Origin: Deltaproteobacteria bacterium
GTDB taxonomy: Bacteria > Desulfobacterota > Syntrophia > Syntrophales > UBA2210
DNA: 64,000 bases
Assembly: GCA_016930775.1 (NCBI GenBank)
Contig: JAFGGB010000124.1
Span: forward strand, 9,671 to 73,670
Reading direction: 5' to 3'
Below, piece after piece: positions 39,354-48,697 of the stretch. The position numbers and the translations under genes are program-made. Each line of letters begins with the position of its first letter. Position 1 is the first letter of the stretch. The notes under the pieces were generated by a model. That model had not been told where the DNA came from and made no database searches. It saw only the letters and a program-made list of their open reading frames with translations.

Positions 39354-40690
39354 TCATCGAACATTCTCGCATCAACCGTGTTCAGGGAGACATCATTGCG
39401 GTGCCGGCCAGCGGGATCGCATACGGTGAACTGGCGACCGTGAAGAGCAGCAGAGGCGTGTCCCTGGCTCAGGTCATTCGTCTGAGGGGCGACGAGGTTT
39501 ACCTGCAGGTTTTCGCCGGGTCGCGCGGCGTCTCGACAGGCGATACAGTACGGTTCCTCAGCCATCCCATGCAAGTCGCTTTTGGCGAAGCGCTTCTCGG
39601 TCGCATCTTCAACGGATCGGGAGAGCCCATTGACAAGGGACCTGCTTTGAAGGCTCTGCCTCGGATCAGCATCGGCGGTCCGTCAGTCAATCCGGTCATG
39701 CGCATTATTCCCCGCGGCTTCATTGAAACGCGCGTGCCCATGGTGGACCTATTCAATCCTCTCGTGGAGAGCCAGAAGCTTCCCATTTTCGCCGCAGCCG
39801 GCGAGCCGTATAATGAACTCCTCGCGCGCATCGGCATGAGGGCCAACGCCGATGTGGTTATCCTGGGCGGCATTGGACTCAAATACGACGAGTATCTCAA
39901 ATTCCGGATCGCCTTCGAGGAGGCCGGCGTTCTTTCACGAACGATCATGTTTGTCCACACCGCATCCGATCCTGTCGTGGAGAGACTTTTGGTTCCCGAC
40001 ATGGCGCTCGCCGTGGCTGAGCAGTTCGGCGTTCAGGGCAAGCGTGTGCTTGTCCTGTTGACCGACATGACGGCTTTTGCCGATGCACTGAAGGAAATCA
40101 GCATATCCATGGATCAGGTTCCCTCGAACCTTGGCTATCCTGGTTCGCTGTACAGCGACTTGGCGGCTCGATACGAGAAGGCTGTCGATTTTGATGGCGC
40201 CGGAAGCATCACGGTGCTGGCTGTAACCTCGATGCCGGGCGACGATGTGACGCATCCGGTTCCCGACAATACGGGTTATATTACAGAGGGCCAGTTCTAT
40301 CTTCGCAAGGGCGTTATAGAGCCCTTCGGCTCGCTGTCGCGCCTCAAGCAACTTGTCATCGGCAAGGTGACGCGTTCCGATCATGGGTACATCATGAACA
40401 GCATGATCCGCCTATTCGCGCGGAGTAGAGAGGTGGAACAGAAACTGGCAATGGGTTTCGACAAGACGGCCGACGATGAGCGCTACCTGAAATACGGTCG
40501 TCTCTTCTATGAGCGATTTATGGATCTGCGTGTTGATCTCGGCATCAATGAAGCGCTCGACTTGGGCTGGAAGACTCTCGCTGAGTGTTTCCGGCCCGAC
40601 GAAGTTGAAATTAAGCAGGAGTTTATCGATAAATTCTGGCCACAGGTAACGACCGTGCCGGCGGTGTGCGAATATGGCGGAACGAATTAA
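39350..40690 (+). CDS. atpB: V-type ATPase subunit B
   Basis: 446 aa. The start overlaps the atpA stop (ATGA). Motifs: [35 protein letters not shown], and [31 protein letters not shown]. Confidence 0.92.
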   Translation: MIIEHSRINRVQGDIIAVPASGIAYGELATVKSSRGVSLAQVIRLRGDEVYLQVFAGSRGVSTGDTVRFLSHPMQVAFGEALLGRIFNGSGEPIDKGPALKALPRISIGGPSVNPVMRIIPRGFIETRVPMVDLFNPLVESQKLPIFAAAGEPYNELLARIGMRANADVVILGGIGLKYDEYLKFRIAFEEAGVLSRTIMFVHTASDPVVERLLVPDMALAVAEQFGVQGKRVLVLLTDMTAFADALKEISISMDQVPSNLGYPGSLYSDLAARYEKAVDFDGAGSITVLAVTSMPGDDVTHPVPDNTGYITEGQFYLRKGVIEPFGSLSRLKQLVIGKVTRSDHGYIMNSMIRLFARSREVEQKLAMGFDKTADDERYLKYGRLFYERFMDLRVDLGINEALDLGWKTLAECFRPDEVEIKQEFIDKFWPQVTTVPAVCEYGGTN

Positions 40691-41294
40691 GCTTAACAAG
40701 GTATCCCTTCGGTCGCAGAAGCAGCAACTGGCCGTGTACCAGCGTTTCCTGCCTGCGTTGGAGGCGAGGAAGCAGCAGTTTCTTATGCATCTGGCCATGG
40801 TGCGCAAAGAAATTGCGGCGCAGGAGGCCCGTATGGAGGAGCTCCTGGGGGAGATTAGGGCCTGGTCCTCCCTGTACGGGGATATGGGACCGCTGCTGAG
40901 ATATTTCATTGAGATCAGGGAGGTGAAATCCTCTGTCCGAAACGTGGCCGGTCTCAAGATGCCGCACTTTCTCGGCGTCGAGTTCAGCGATCCGCCATAC
41001 AGTTACTTTGCCACGCCTCTGAGCTTCGAAGAAGTCCTGGGGCGAAGTCGCGATGCAATCGAATGCCGGGAGGCGATCCGCATGCTTAAGGAGGGGGAAC
41101 GGGTCCTTTTTGAAGGTTACCGCAAGACAAGCCAGCGCATCAATCTTTATGAACAGCGACTGATTCCTGACTGTCGGGAAGCGATCCGTAAAATAGCGGT
41201 TTATCTTCAGGATCAGCAGGCGGCGGCCGTCGGCGTGGCCAAAGTGGCCAAGCGCATGACCGAAGCGGCGGAGCTTCAGGATGCCGCTGGGTAG
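40674..41294 (+). CDS. atpD: V-type ATPase subunit D
   Basis: 206 aa. [34 protein letters not shown], the typical coiled-coil central-stalk subunit. It overlaps the atpB end by 17 nt. Confidence 0.85.
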   Translation: MAERIKLNKVSLRSQKQQLAVYQRFLPALEARKQQFLMHLAMVRKEIAAQEARMEELLGEIRAWSSLYGDMGPLLRYFIEIREVKSSVRNVAGLKMPHFLGVEFSDPPYSYFATPLSFEEVLGRSRDAIECREAIRMLKEGERVLFEGYRKTSQRINLYEQRLIPDCREAIRKIAVYLQDQQAAAVGVAKVAKRMTEAAELQDAAG

Positions 41295-41341
41295 TGTAGG
41301 GGAACGGCGCTCATGCAATCAGACATAAAAGGAGAATAGCT

Positions 41342-43168
41342 TTGGCCATAGCCAGGATGACGAGGGTATTCATTGCCGGGCCAACTGATAACCAGTCGGA
41401 AACGTTGCGTTTACTGCAGGATATGGGCGTGGTTCATGTGGAGCCGGCTGCGGAGATGGCTGGTGAATTCGAGAAAAAGAATAGCGAATTCCTGGCCAAG
41501 GTCAAGAAGCTTGACCAGGTGATTGCTGCCCTCGAGCGTTTCCGTGTCCGTAAAACGAAGGCGCCGATCGAAATTGCCGACGCCGATCTGGCCGCCTATG
41601 CCGAAGAAAAACTCTCAAAGCTTCAGGAAGTGGAATCGCGAGTTCAATCGCTCGAGCGTCTGAAGACAGACCTCTCGCTGTGGGGGAATTTCGATGTCGC
41701 CCATATTCGTGCGCTTGAAGAAGCTGGCATCTGTATCCGCCGCTACCGCATGGAAGCGAAAAAGTGGGAGGGATTTCATCCGCCCGATGGTCTCCTTCTG
41801 GAAGTGGTAGCAGAAAAGCAGGGGGTTCTGTTCTATACGTTGTCCTTGGAAGATCAGCCGGACATCCCCCAGGCTTCCATTCTCGGCTGGCCCGAGTTCA
41901 GCCTTGACGAAGTCAAAGAGGAACTCCGCAGGCTTATGGAGCAAATGGAATCCTTGACGATCGACCTGGCCGGCGTCGCTGAACGCGCCGAGGTCATCAA
42001 GAAACAATTGATCGCCACCCTCAACGAGGCGGCCTATACGGGCAACATGGCGACGCTTCACAGGGAACCTTACCTCTTTGGCTTGCAGGGATGGGTTCCG
42101 CAGGATCAGGAAGCGGTTTTCCAAGAGAAGATGGCTGCCAGCAAACTTCCTTTGCGGGTTGTGACGCGCAAACCTCTCGAAGACGAGGAGCCGCCGGTAT
42201 TGATACGGAACAACTGGTTCATCCAGCGCATCGAGCCGTTGCTGAAGCTTTACGGCAACCCCAAATACCACCACCTGGACCCATCCTATTTCTTTGCCCC
42301 CTTTATGGTTCTATTCTTCGGAATCTGTCTGAGCGACGCAGGCTACGGCCTCGTTTTCTATCTGACCGCCTATGCAATAGGCAAGAAGTGGGGGAATAAG
42401 GTGGAGGGGCTTTCTCTGGTCATCAAGCTTTGCAAGGCCTTTGCCCTTGCCTCTCTGGTTATCGGGATCATGACGGGTTCCCTGTTCGGCTACAATTTTG
42501 AAAACAGAAGCTGGATTCTACTCGATATCGACGTGAACGTCGGCAACCCGATGATCCTGTTCTATCTGTCCCTCGGCCTGGGCGTGATCCATTTGAGCCT
42601 TTCTTATCTTATGGGAATACTTCAGGCCTTCTATTTTTACATTAAAATGCAGAAACTGGGTCTGATTCTTGTTCTCTGGGGCGGCGTCCTTTTGATCGCC
42701 AGGAACATCTGGTTCGCCGAGCCCGCCTCGGCGCTCCACATGCCGCTTTACTACGGCGGCATAGGCGTTCTCGCAATAGGGCTTCTTCTGACCCTGTTGT
42801 TTGCCAATGACAGCAAGAACTGGGCCGCCAGACTTGGTTTGGGCCTGTGGAACATCTACGGCCTCACGGGGCTGGTCGGCGACCTGCTGTCTTATGCCCG
42901 TCTGTTCGGCCTCGGGATCGCCACGTCCGCCATTGCATCAGTCATGAACCAGTTGGCGAATATGGCGCTGGCAGGCGCCGGCCCGATCATTGGTGTGCCG
43001 TTGGCACTCATCATCGTCATTCTGGGGCACACGTTTAATCTGGCGCTTTCCCTGCTGGGAAGCACGGTTCATTCCGCACGCCTCCATTTTGTGGAAGCCT
43101 TCAAGAGCTTCTTCGAAGGGGGAGGGGTCGAATACAAACCATTCAAAATCGAAAGGGGTTCTTTATGA
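41342..43168 (+). CDS. atpI: V-type ATPase subunit I (a-subunit, stator/ion channel)
   Basis: 608 aa with a TTG start after ggaga. MAIARMTRVFIAG, a soluble N-terminal half, then a multi-TM C-terminal half containing SYARLFGLGIATSAIA (conserved Arg) and HSARLHFVEAF. Confidence 0.88.
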   Translation: MAIARMTRVFIAGPTDNQSETLRLLQDMGVVHVEPAAEMAGEFEKKNSEFLAKVKKLDQVIAALERFRVRKTKAPIEIADADLAAYAEEKLSKLQEVESRVQSLERLKTDLSLWGNFDVAHIRALEEAGICIRRYRMEAKKWEGFHPPDGLLLEVVAEKQGVLFYTLSLEDQPDIPQASILGWPEFSLDEVKEELRRLMEQMESLTIDLAGVAERAEVIKKQLIATLNEAAYTGNMATLHREPYLFGLQGWVPQDQEAVFQEKMAASKLPLRVVTRKPLEDEEPPVLIRNNWFIQRIEPLLKLYGNPKYHHLDPSYFFAPFMVLFFGICLSDAGYGLVFYLTAYAIGKKWGNKVEGLSLVIKLCKAFALASLVIGIMTGSLFGYNFENRSWILLDIDVNVGNPMILFYLSLGLGVIHLSLSYLMGILQAFYFYIKMQKLGLILVLWGGVLLIARNIWFAEPASALHMPLYYGGIGVLAIGLLLTLLFANDSKNWAARLGLGLWNIYGLTGLVGDLLSYARLFGLGIATSAIASVMNQLANMALAGAGPIIGVPLALIIVILGHTFNLALSLLGSTVHSARLHFVEAFKSFFEGGGVEYKPFKIERGSL

Positions 43169-43677
43169 GCGACAAGGGTACATGGATTTTCGGAACGGCA
43201 GCCGCGATTCTGCTGGCGGGATTTGTTTCTCCGGCCTTCGCCCAGACGGCGGCTGCGTCTGACAGTATAGCGCCGCTGGTTGCGAAGATCTTCATGGGCC
43301 TGGGTGTGTCCTTGGGTCTGGCGGGTTCGGCAATGGGACTGTCCATCGCGTTCCAGGCTCTGCTGGGCGGGGGTGTGGAAAACTTCTTTAAAAACATTGC
43401 CGTGGCCCTGATGCCTTCCTCCCAGGGGATCTACGCCATCGTGGTCCTGTTTACGAACCTGGATAAATTCGACAGCGATCCGTACACCGTAGCCGGAAAG
43501 GGCGCAATCACCGGTCTGGCGATGTTTTTCAGCGCCTGGTACCAGGGGATGGTGTGCGCTGCGGGAATCCGGAGCGTCATCGAGGGGCGGAACACGCTTG
43601 CCAACGCCCTCGTGTCGGGCGCCATGCCTGAGACCTATGCGGTGTTCGCACTGGTCATGACCTTCATCATGAAATAA
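43165..43677 (+). CDS. atpK: V-type ATPase proteolipid subunit K (c-ring)
   Basis: 170 aa. It has a double-hairpin proteolipid with MPSSQGIY, AWYQGMVCAAGI and MPETYAVFALV (carboxylate Glu). An extra N-terminal hydrophobic segment ends in AFAQT. Confidence 0.88.
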   Translation: MSDKGTWIFGTAAAILLAGFVSPAFAQTAAASDSIAPLVAKIFMGLGVSLGLAGSAMGLSIAFQALLGGGVENFFKNIAVALMPSSQGIYAIVVLFTNLDKFDSDPYTVAGKGAITGLAMFFSAWYQGMVCAAGIRSVIEGRNTLANALVSGAMPETYAVFALVMTFIMK

Positions 43678-43688
43678 GACATTCCAGG

Positions 43689-44030
43689 ATGGTCGGGCGT
43701 TCGAAAGCGTTCCACCACCGAAATTACGGCTTCGCCCGCGTAGGATGCAAGGATTGCAGTTATGAATATTTTCAGTCCTTTTCCTGCAAGCGCCGTTGTC
43801 GCCGGGCAGGCATTCAGCTATGTTTTTGTGGCGGCAGTCATCTATGTTAAGATATGTTAAGACCTGCAGGAAGAACGTGAGCGCGATTGAAGAGCTGTGC
43901 CGCCAGATGCCGATCACGCTCACGTTATACATGATTGGAGCTTATTCAATCTCCTAAACAGGCTTGCTGCCATTGGCATCGCCGCCATAGCCTTCATCTG
44001 CACAATCGAGAGGCCTCCAAAAGGGAATTG
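43689..44030 (+). pseudogene. IS91-family (HUH/Y2) transposase remnant
   Basis: The frame from 43689 reads MVGRSKAFHHRNYGFARVGCKDCSYEYFQSFSCKRRC. This matches the N-terminal zinc-binding motif GFAR.xCxxCxxE....FSCK.R of IS91-type transposases. The reading frame then collapses, and only short recognisable scraps follow (e.g. IAAIAFICTI). Confidence 0.6.
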
Positions 44031-44342
44031 GCGAAATTGAAAGCAAAGCCATATATGGAAAAATGTGAAAGACAAATCATGTGCCGCAGGGGAAGCGTCA
44101 ACCCGGAATTCTTGCGATATCGAACTCGCCAGAAGGAGCGCTTTTCTGAAAGAACTGTTAATAGACAACCGGTTTTTTACGTGATAGATTAACGCAAACG
44201 TTTCGTTTCATCAAAGATGCTGATCGCAGCGGCAATCTCATTTTTCTTATAAGGTGCTCGTGGAAGGTTGTATTTTGCTTTCAGATGCCTTGCGCCGGTT
44301 ATCGGAAGCTGCAGGCCCGCAAGGCGAAGAAAAGGATGGTTA

Positions 44343-44945
44343 ATGATATTTTCAGAAAAACACGGCAACAATAACGGAAACGCTTACCTCTTCTTCAAGG
44401 GATTCCTGAAACAGCCGAAACAGGTAGGCTCCGTTATCCCCAGTTCAGGTTCTCTGGAACGAAGGCTCGTGAGGATGACGAATGCCGCCGAAGCGAAGAC
44501 GATCGTGGAGTTGGGTCCGGGCACCGGCGGCACGACGAAGGCCCTGCTGTCCGCCATGAAAGTTGACGCACGGCTTCTTTGTATAGAGATCAATCCTGAC
44601 TTCTCTGCTATTCTTAAACAGATGAATGACGAAAGACTTATAGTTTATGAGGGCAACGCCTGTTCCATATCCGAAGCGATTGATCGCAACGGCCTGCCCT
44701 CTCCGGATGTAGTTCTGTCGGGGATTCCCTTTTCAACAATGGCTGAAGATCAAGGCGTGGAGATTCTGCAATCAGTTCACCGGAGCTTGGCGCCCGGGGG
44801 CTGTTTTGTCGCCTATCAGGTAAGGGACCGCGTCGAGCTGCTGGCACGATCCGTCTTTGGTGAATGCTGCAGGGAGATCGAATTGTGGAATCTGCCGCCG
44901 CTCCAGTTGTTTCGATGGGAGAAGAACGCCCGCACCGCCACATGA
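44343..44945 (+). CDS. Class I SAM-dependent methyltransferase (phospholipid N-methyltransferase / rRNA adenine dimethylase-like fold)
   Basis: The ORF track starts at 44268. I prefer ATG 44343. Motifs: FLKQPKQVGSVIPSS and motif I VELGPGTGGTTKALL. Confidence 0.7.
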   Translation: MIFSEKHGNNNGNAYLFFKGFLKQPKQVGSVIPSSGSLERRLVRMTNAAEAKTIVELGPGTGGTTKALLSAMKVDARLLCIEINPDFSAILKQMNDERLIVYEGNACSISEAIDRNGLPSPDVVLSGIPFSTMAEDQGVEILQSVHRSLAPGGCFVAYQVRDRVELLARSVFGECCREIELWNLPPLQLFRWEKNARTAT

Positions 44946-45084
44946 CAGTGCAACGGTTTCTGTAACGCCCCGCCTGATGTTTCGTAATGATAAATCCTTT
45001 CCATGCTGTTGACTTTGCAGAAGCCGCTCTCTATTATGTGCCTGTATGGTTTCTTAGGAGGCCCTTCCGATGCGGGAAGGAACA

Positions 45085-45687
45085 ATGTCGTTTATTTCGG
45101 CGGTCATTCTCCTGTTTCTTGTCATGGACCCTGTCGGGAACATTCCTCTTTTTCTCTCGGTTCTCAAGGGGGTCAACGCCACGCGCCAGCGCTCGATCGT
45201 CGTAAGGGAGCTTCTTATCGCCCTCGCCGTCCTGGTGCTCTTTCTTTTCGCCGGCAAGTACGTCCTGAAATTTCTCAACATAGCGGAACCGTCGCTCACT
45301 ACGGCGGGAGGGATCATTCTCTTTTTGATTTCCATTCACATGATCTTTCCCGGCTATAGCGGACTCTTTGAAAAAGAATCCGAAGGAGAACCTTTTATAG
45401 TTCCCTTGGCCATTCCGTATATAGCGGGACCGGCGGCCATAGCAGCCGTCATGTTTATAGCCAATCGCAATCCCGAACGGATAATGATCTGGTTTTTAGC
45501 CCTTGTTACAGCCTGTTTCTTGTCTGGCCTGATCCTCTATTTTGCCAGCGTCCTGAGCCGTTGGCTTGGCGTGCGGGGAATAATCGCCGTGGAACGTCTC
45601 ATGGGGATGATTCTCGTTACGCTTGCCGTGCAGATGTTCATGACGGGCTTCATCCGGTTTTTTGACGACTTCACAAAGGCGGGATGA
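45085..45687 (+). CDS. MarC-family (UPF0056) integral membrane protein
   Basis: MSFISAVILLFLVMDPVGNIPLFLSVL, with about six hydrophobic segments. The preferred start is ATG 45085 inside the 45070 ORF. Confidence 0.8.
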   Translation: MSFISAVILLFLVMDPVGNIPLFLSVLKGVNATRQRSIVVRELLIALAVLVLFLFAGKYVLKFLNIAEPSLTTAGGIILFLISIHMIFPGYSGLFEKESEGEPFIVPLAIPYIAGPAAIAAVMFIANRNPERIMIWFLALVTACFLSGLILYFASVLSRWLGVRGIIAVERLMGMILVTLAVQMFMTGFIRFFDDFTKAG

Positions 45688-45929
45688 CCATCGCCTGAAA
45701 GCTTTCTGTTTTCTTTAACTCCCGCCAGACCGTCTCAAAGTTTTGATTGATGCTGTTGCATCCGTCGACCGATTTTCGTCGGTCGAGAGGAGAACTGATA
45801 AAGTGGGGGAAGTAGGCTGTGGTCTTCTGATCAGGCTGGGTTCTTGTCCTCTTCCGGGGGCTCAGTGAAATAGTCGTGGAAGAGTGGAAAAATGGGATTG
45901 GTTCAGCAGGGAAAGGAGGTACCGTTAGT

Positions 45930-46511
45930 ATGGCGCAGAAAAAGATTTTGATGCTCGTGGGTGACTTCGTGGAGGATTACGAGGTCATGGCGCCCTTCCA
46001 GGCGCTTATGATGGTGGGTCATGTCGTGCATGCCGTCTGTCCCGGCAAGAAATCCGGTGAAAGAATCAGGACGGCCGTCCATGATTTCGAGGGCGATCAG
46101 ACCTACAGCGAAAAGCCGGGACATTTCTTCACTATCAATGCCGACTTCGATGCAGTCAAGCCGGAAGCCTATGATGCGGTTGTCATTCCCGGCGGAAGAG
46201 CGCCGGAGTACATCCGCCTAAACGCAAAGGTCCTGGAGATCGTGCGACACTTCGCCAAAGAGAAGAAACCCATAGCGGCGATCTGCCACGGGCCGCAGGT
46301 ATTGGCCGCTGCGGGCGTGCTTGCGGGGAAGAAATGCACGGCCTATCCTGCCATCGGTCCCGATGTGACATCGGCCGGCGGCGTGTATGTCGAGATTCCC
46401 GTGGACAAGGTTCTCGTGGACGGCAATCTCGTGACGTCGCCCGCTTGGCCGGCACATCCCGAATGGCTGGCCGCTTTTCTCAAGGTTCTGGGTTCCCGCA
46501 TAGAACCCTGA
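45930..46511 (+). CDS. DJ-1/PfpI-family protein (intracellular protease/amidase type)
   Basis: The preferred start is ATG 45930, following aaggagg at 45913-45919. Motifs: [15 protein letters not shown], the nucleophile elbow [10 protein letters not shown], and [12 protein letters not shown]. Confidence 0.88.
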   Translation: MAQKKILMLVGDFVEDYEVMAPFQALMMVGHVVHAVCPGKKSGERIRTAVHDFEGDQTYSEKPGHFFTINADFDAVKPEAYDAVVIPGGRAPEYIRLNAKVLEIVRHFAKEKKPIAAICHGPQVLAAAGVLAGKKCTAYPAIGPDVTSAGGVYVEIPVDKVLVDGNLVTSPAWPAHPEWLAAFLKVLGSRIEP

Positions 46512-46612
46512 AATTCGAACAGGGTGAAAGAATGAATGATCTACCGGCAATTCCGGGGAGTTGCCGGCAGATCTATTATAAGACGGTTGCAACGTCTAAA
46601 ACGACAGTTCTT

Positions 46613-47452
46613 TTATTCTTCTTTTTTATGTCTGATTATAAAGGAAACCAGCTCGGCAAATCCGCTCCCGCCATCGCCCGTCGTGAGAAAGGGTGGGAGG
46701 AATTTCATTCGATGTGAATAATTTCGCACAGTGTTCACCCCTGCCGAATTTGGAAAGTACCGGAACATCGGCTCGTCGTTCGGTGAATCTCCGCAGAATA
46801 TATAGCGATCCTTTTCCGAATCCAGGTCGATTCCCCATTGTTCCCGGACGAAGATCTTTGTCATCTGCAACTTGTCGTAGTCTCCAAACCATCCGTTGAC
46901 ATGAATGGACGATATTTTGCACGTTCCCCCGCATTCCGTAAATATGGCGCATATTCTGTCGATCTCGTTCCATCCGAGCGGAGAAACGTCTTCCCTGAAG
47001 TCAATGGCAAGGTCGGCTTCACGATAGGCCTGGTCGCTTGCCACGGCCGTTCCAGGAACTGCAGCGAGAATCTTCTCTCGCACCTGCTGAAGTCGCTGCC
47101 TTTTCCCGGCGCGCACGTCATCATTGTCGAGGAATCTTTTTTTTAGTTTTTTCTCCCGGTCGTCATACCAGAAATAAAAGGCGCCGTTCTCTCCTATGAT
47201 GCCGTCAATGGGCCACATCCTCGCCATATGATCGCACCATCCGGCAGGCCGCCCCGTGATGGGAACAACCTTCAGCCCGCTCGCATGTAAGTCCCACAGG
47301 GCGGAAAAGGCATCCGGGCGAATCTTTCCATCGGTCGTGAAGGTGTCGTCGATATCGAAAAAAAAACCACGGAGGTTCTTGATAATCTCCGGATTCATCG
47401 TTTCGATTGGTTTCATCAGCGTGGCTGGTTCCGCGTATTTTCGCGCCTTCAT
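46613..47452 (-). CDS. HAD-superfamily hydrolase, subfamily IIB (sugar-phosphate phosphatase-like)
   Basis: Motif I is FFFDIDDTFT. Other motifs: VVPITGRP and the C-terminal GDSPNDEPMF. The start is uncertain: 47452, 47416 or 47398. Confidence 0.8.
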   Translation of the reverse strand: MKARKYAEPATLMKPIETMNPEIIKNLRGFFFDIDDTFTTDGKIRPDAFSALWDLHASGLKVVPITGRPAGWCDHMARMWPIDGIIGENGAFYFWYDDREKKLKKRFLDNDDVRAGKRQRLQQVREKILAAVPGTAVASDQAYREADLAIDFREDVSPLGWNEIDRICAIFTECGGTCKISSIHVNGWFGDYDKLQMTKIFVREQWGIDLDSEKDRYIFCGDSPNDEPMFRYFPNSAGVNTVRNYSHRMKFLPPFLTTGDGGSGFAELVSFIIRHKKEE

Positions 47453-47540
47453 ATACGGCTACTATAACTTATAAGCCAAATAATTGGAGTGAAGTCCGAT
47501 CGTTATACTGTCTTCTCGGAAGGTTTCAGGCGTCAGCGTT

Positions 47541-48626
47541 TCAGACCAGGACCATGCACTTTTGCGGATTGAGGGAGATATAAATATCTGCTCCTTCTTC
47601 CAGGGGAATGTAATGGGCAACCTGCACCCGTATCGTGTGACCGTTTACTGTTACGAAAAAGAACAGGAAGTTGCCAAGGTAGGCCTTGTGGGCGATGGTT
47701 CCCTTGATAAGATTCTCCGATTTCTCCTCCGGCCGCTCGGAAAATATTTCGACATCTTCGGGGCGTATCGAGGCGAAGACTCGGTCCCCTTGCCGTAAAA
47801 GCATCCCGGCTGGAGTTTTGCACAGCAGCGTCTCGTTAAATTCTGTTTTTACATACGTGGAGTCTGTTTCCGGTGCTGCTGTCAGCACCTCTCCTGATAT
47901 AAAATTCATTGCGCCGATGAAATCAGCCACAAATCGGTTGGCGGGCGTTTGATATATGTCCTGAGCCGTGCCGATTTGCACAACGTTTCCGGAATCCATC
48001 ACGACGATTCGATCGGAAATAACCATGGCCTCTGCCTGATCATGTGTGACGTAAACGGCTGTCATGCCCATGCGCCGCACCAGACTCTTAATTTCAAATC
48101 TCATCTTCTCCCTGAGTTTGGCATCCAAATTGCTCAAAGGTTCATCCAGCAATAATACTTTGGGATTTCTCACGAGAGCCCGCGCGAGGGCAACCCTTTG
48201 TTGCTGTCCTCCGCTCAATTGACCCGGATACCGATCTTCCAGGCCGCCCAAACCGACCATCTCCAGCACCTGCAAGGACCTTTCCCTGATTGTGCGCTTA
48301 GGAATTTTCTGAAATTTCAAGCCGTAGGCTACATTATTGAAAACTTTCATGTGGGGCCAGACGGCATAGTTTTGAAAGACCATGCCTATTCCTCGATCGG
48401 ACGGCTGGACGAATCCTTCCGCCAGCATAGACCTGCCGTCAATCACGATATCCCCGTCCTCCGGTTTCTCCAGTCCGGCAATGCAGCGAAGCGTCGTTGT
48501 TTTGCCGCATCCGCTCGGCCCAAGGAGCGTCAGCATCTCCCCTTGTTTCACCTCTAGGTCGATATGATTGACGGCCACTACTTTTCCATAGCGTTTCAAC
48601 AGGTTCTTGATTTCTATGAATGCCAT
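47541..48626 (-). CDS. ABC transporter ATP-binding protein (PotA/FbpC type with C-terminal TOBE-like domain)
   Basis: 361 aa. Walker A GPSGCGKTT, signature LSGGQQQRVALAR, Walker B LLLDEPLS. Confidence 0.92.
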   Translation of the reverse strand: MAFIEIKNLLKRYGKVVAVNHIDLEVKQGEMLTLLGPSGCGKTTTLRCIAGLEKPEDGDIVIDGRSMLAEGFVQPSDRGIGMVFQNYAVWPHMKVFNNVAYGLKFQKIPKRTIRERSLQVLEMVGLGGLEDRYPGQLSGGQQQRVALARALVRNPKVLLLDEPLSNLDAKLREKMRFEIKSLVRRMGMTAVYVTHDQAEAMVISDRIVVMDSGNVVQIGTAQDIYQTPANRFVADFIGAMNFISGEVLTAAPETDSTYVKTEFNETLLCKTPAGMLLRQGDRVFASIRPEDVEIFSERPEEKSENLIKGTIAHKAYLGNFLFFFVTVNGHTIRVQVAHYIPLEEGADIYISLNPQKCMVLV

Positions 48627-48697
48627 AGAGTTGCACTTCTCCTTGCGTGACAGCCCCCGAGCGATACACGGCGGCGGTTAATCGCGCCGGTCCCGGG

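Noticed and set aside
43069-43932. 287-aa minus-strand ORF spanning atpK and the downstream spacer.
   Set aside because: It is antisense to a clear proteolipid gene. It is Arg/His-rich and has no support.
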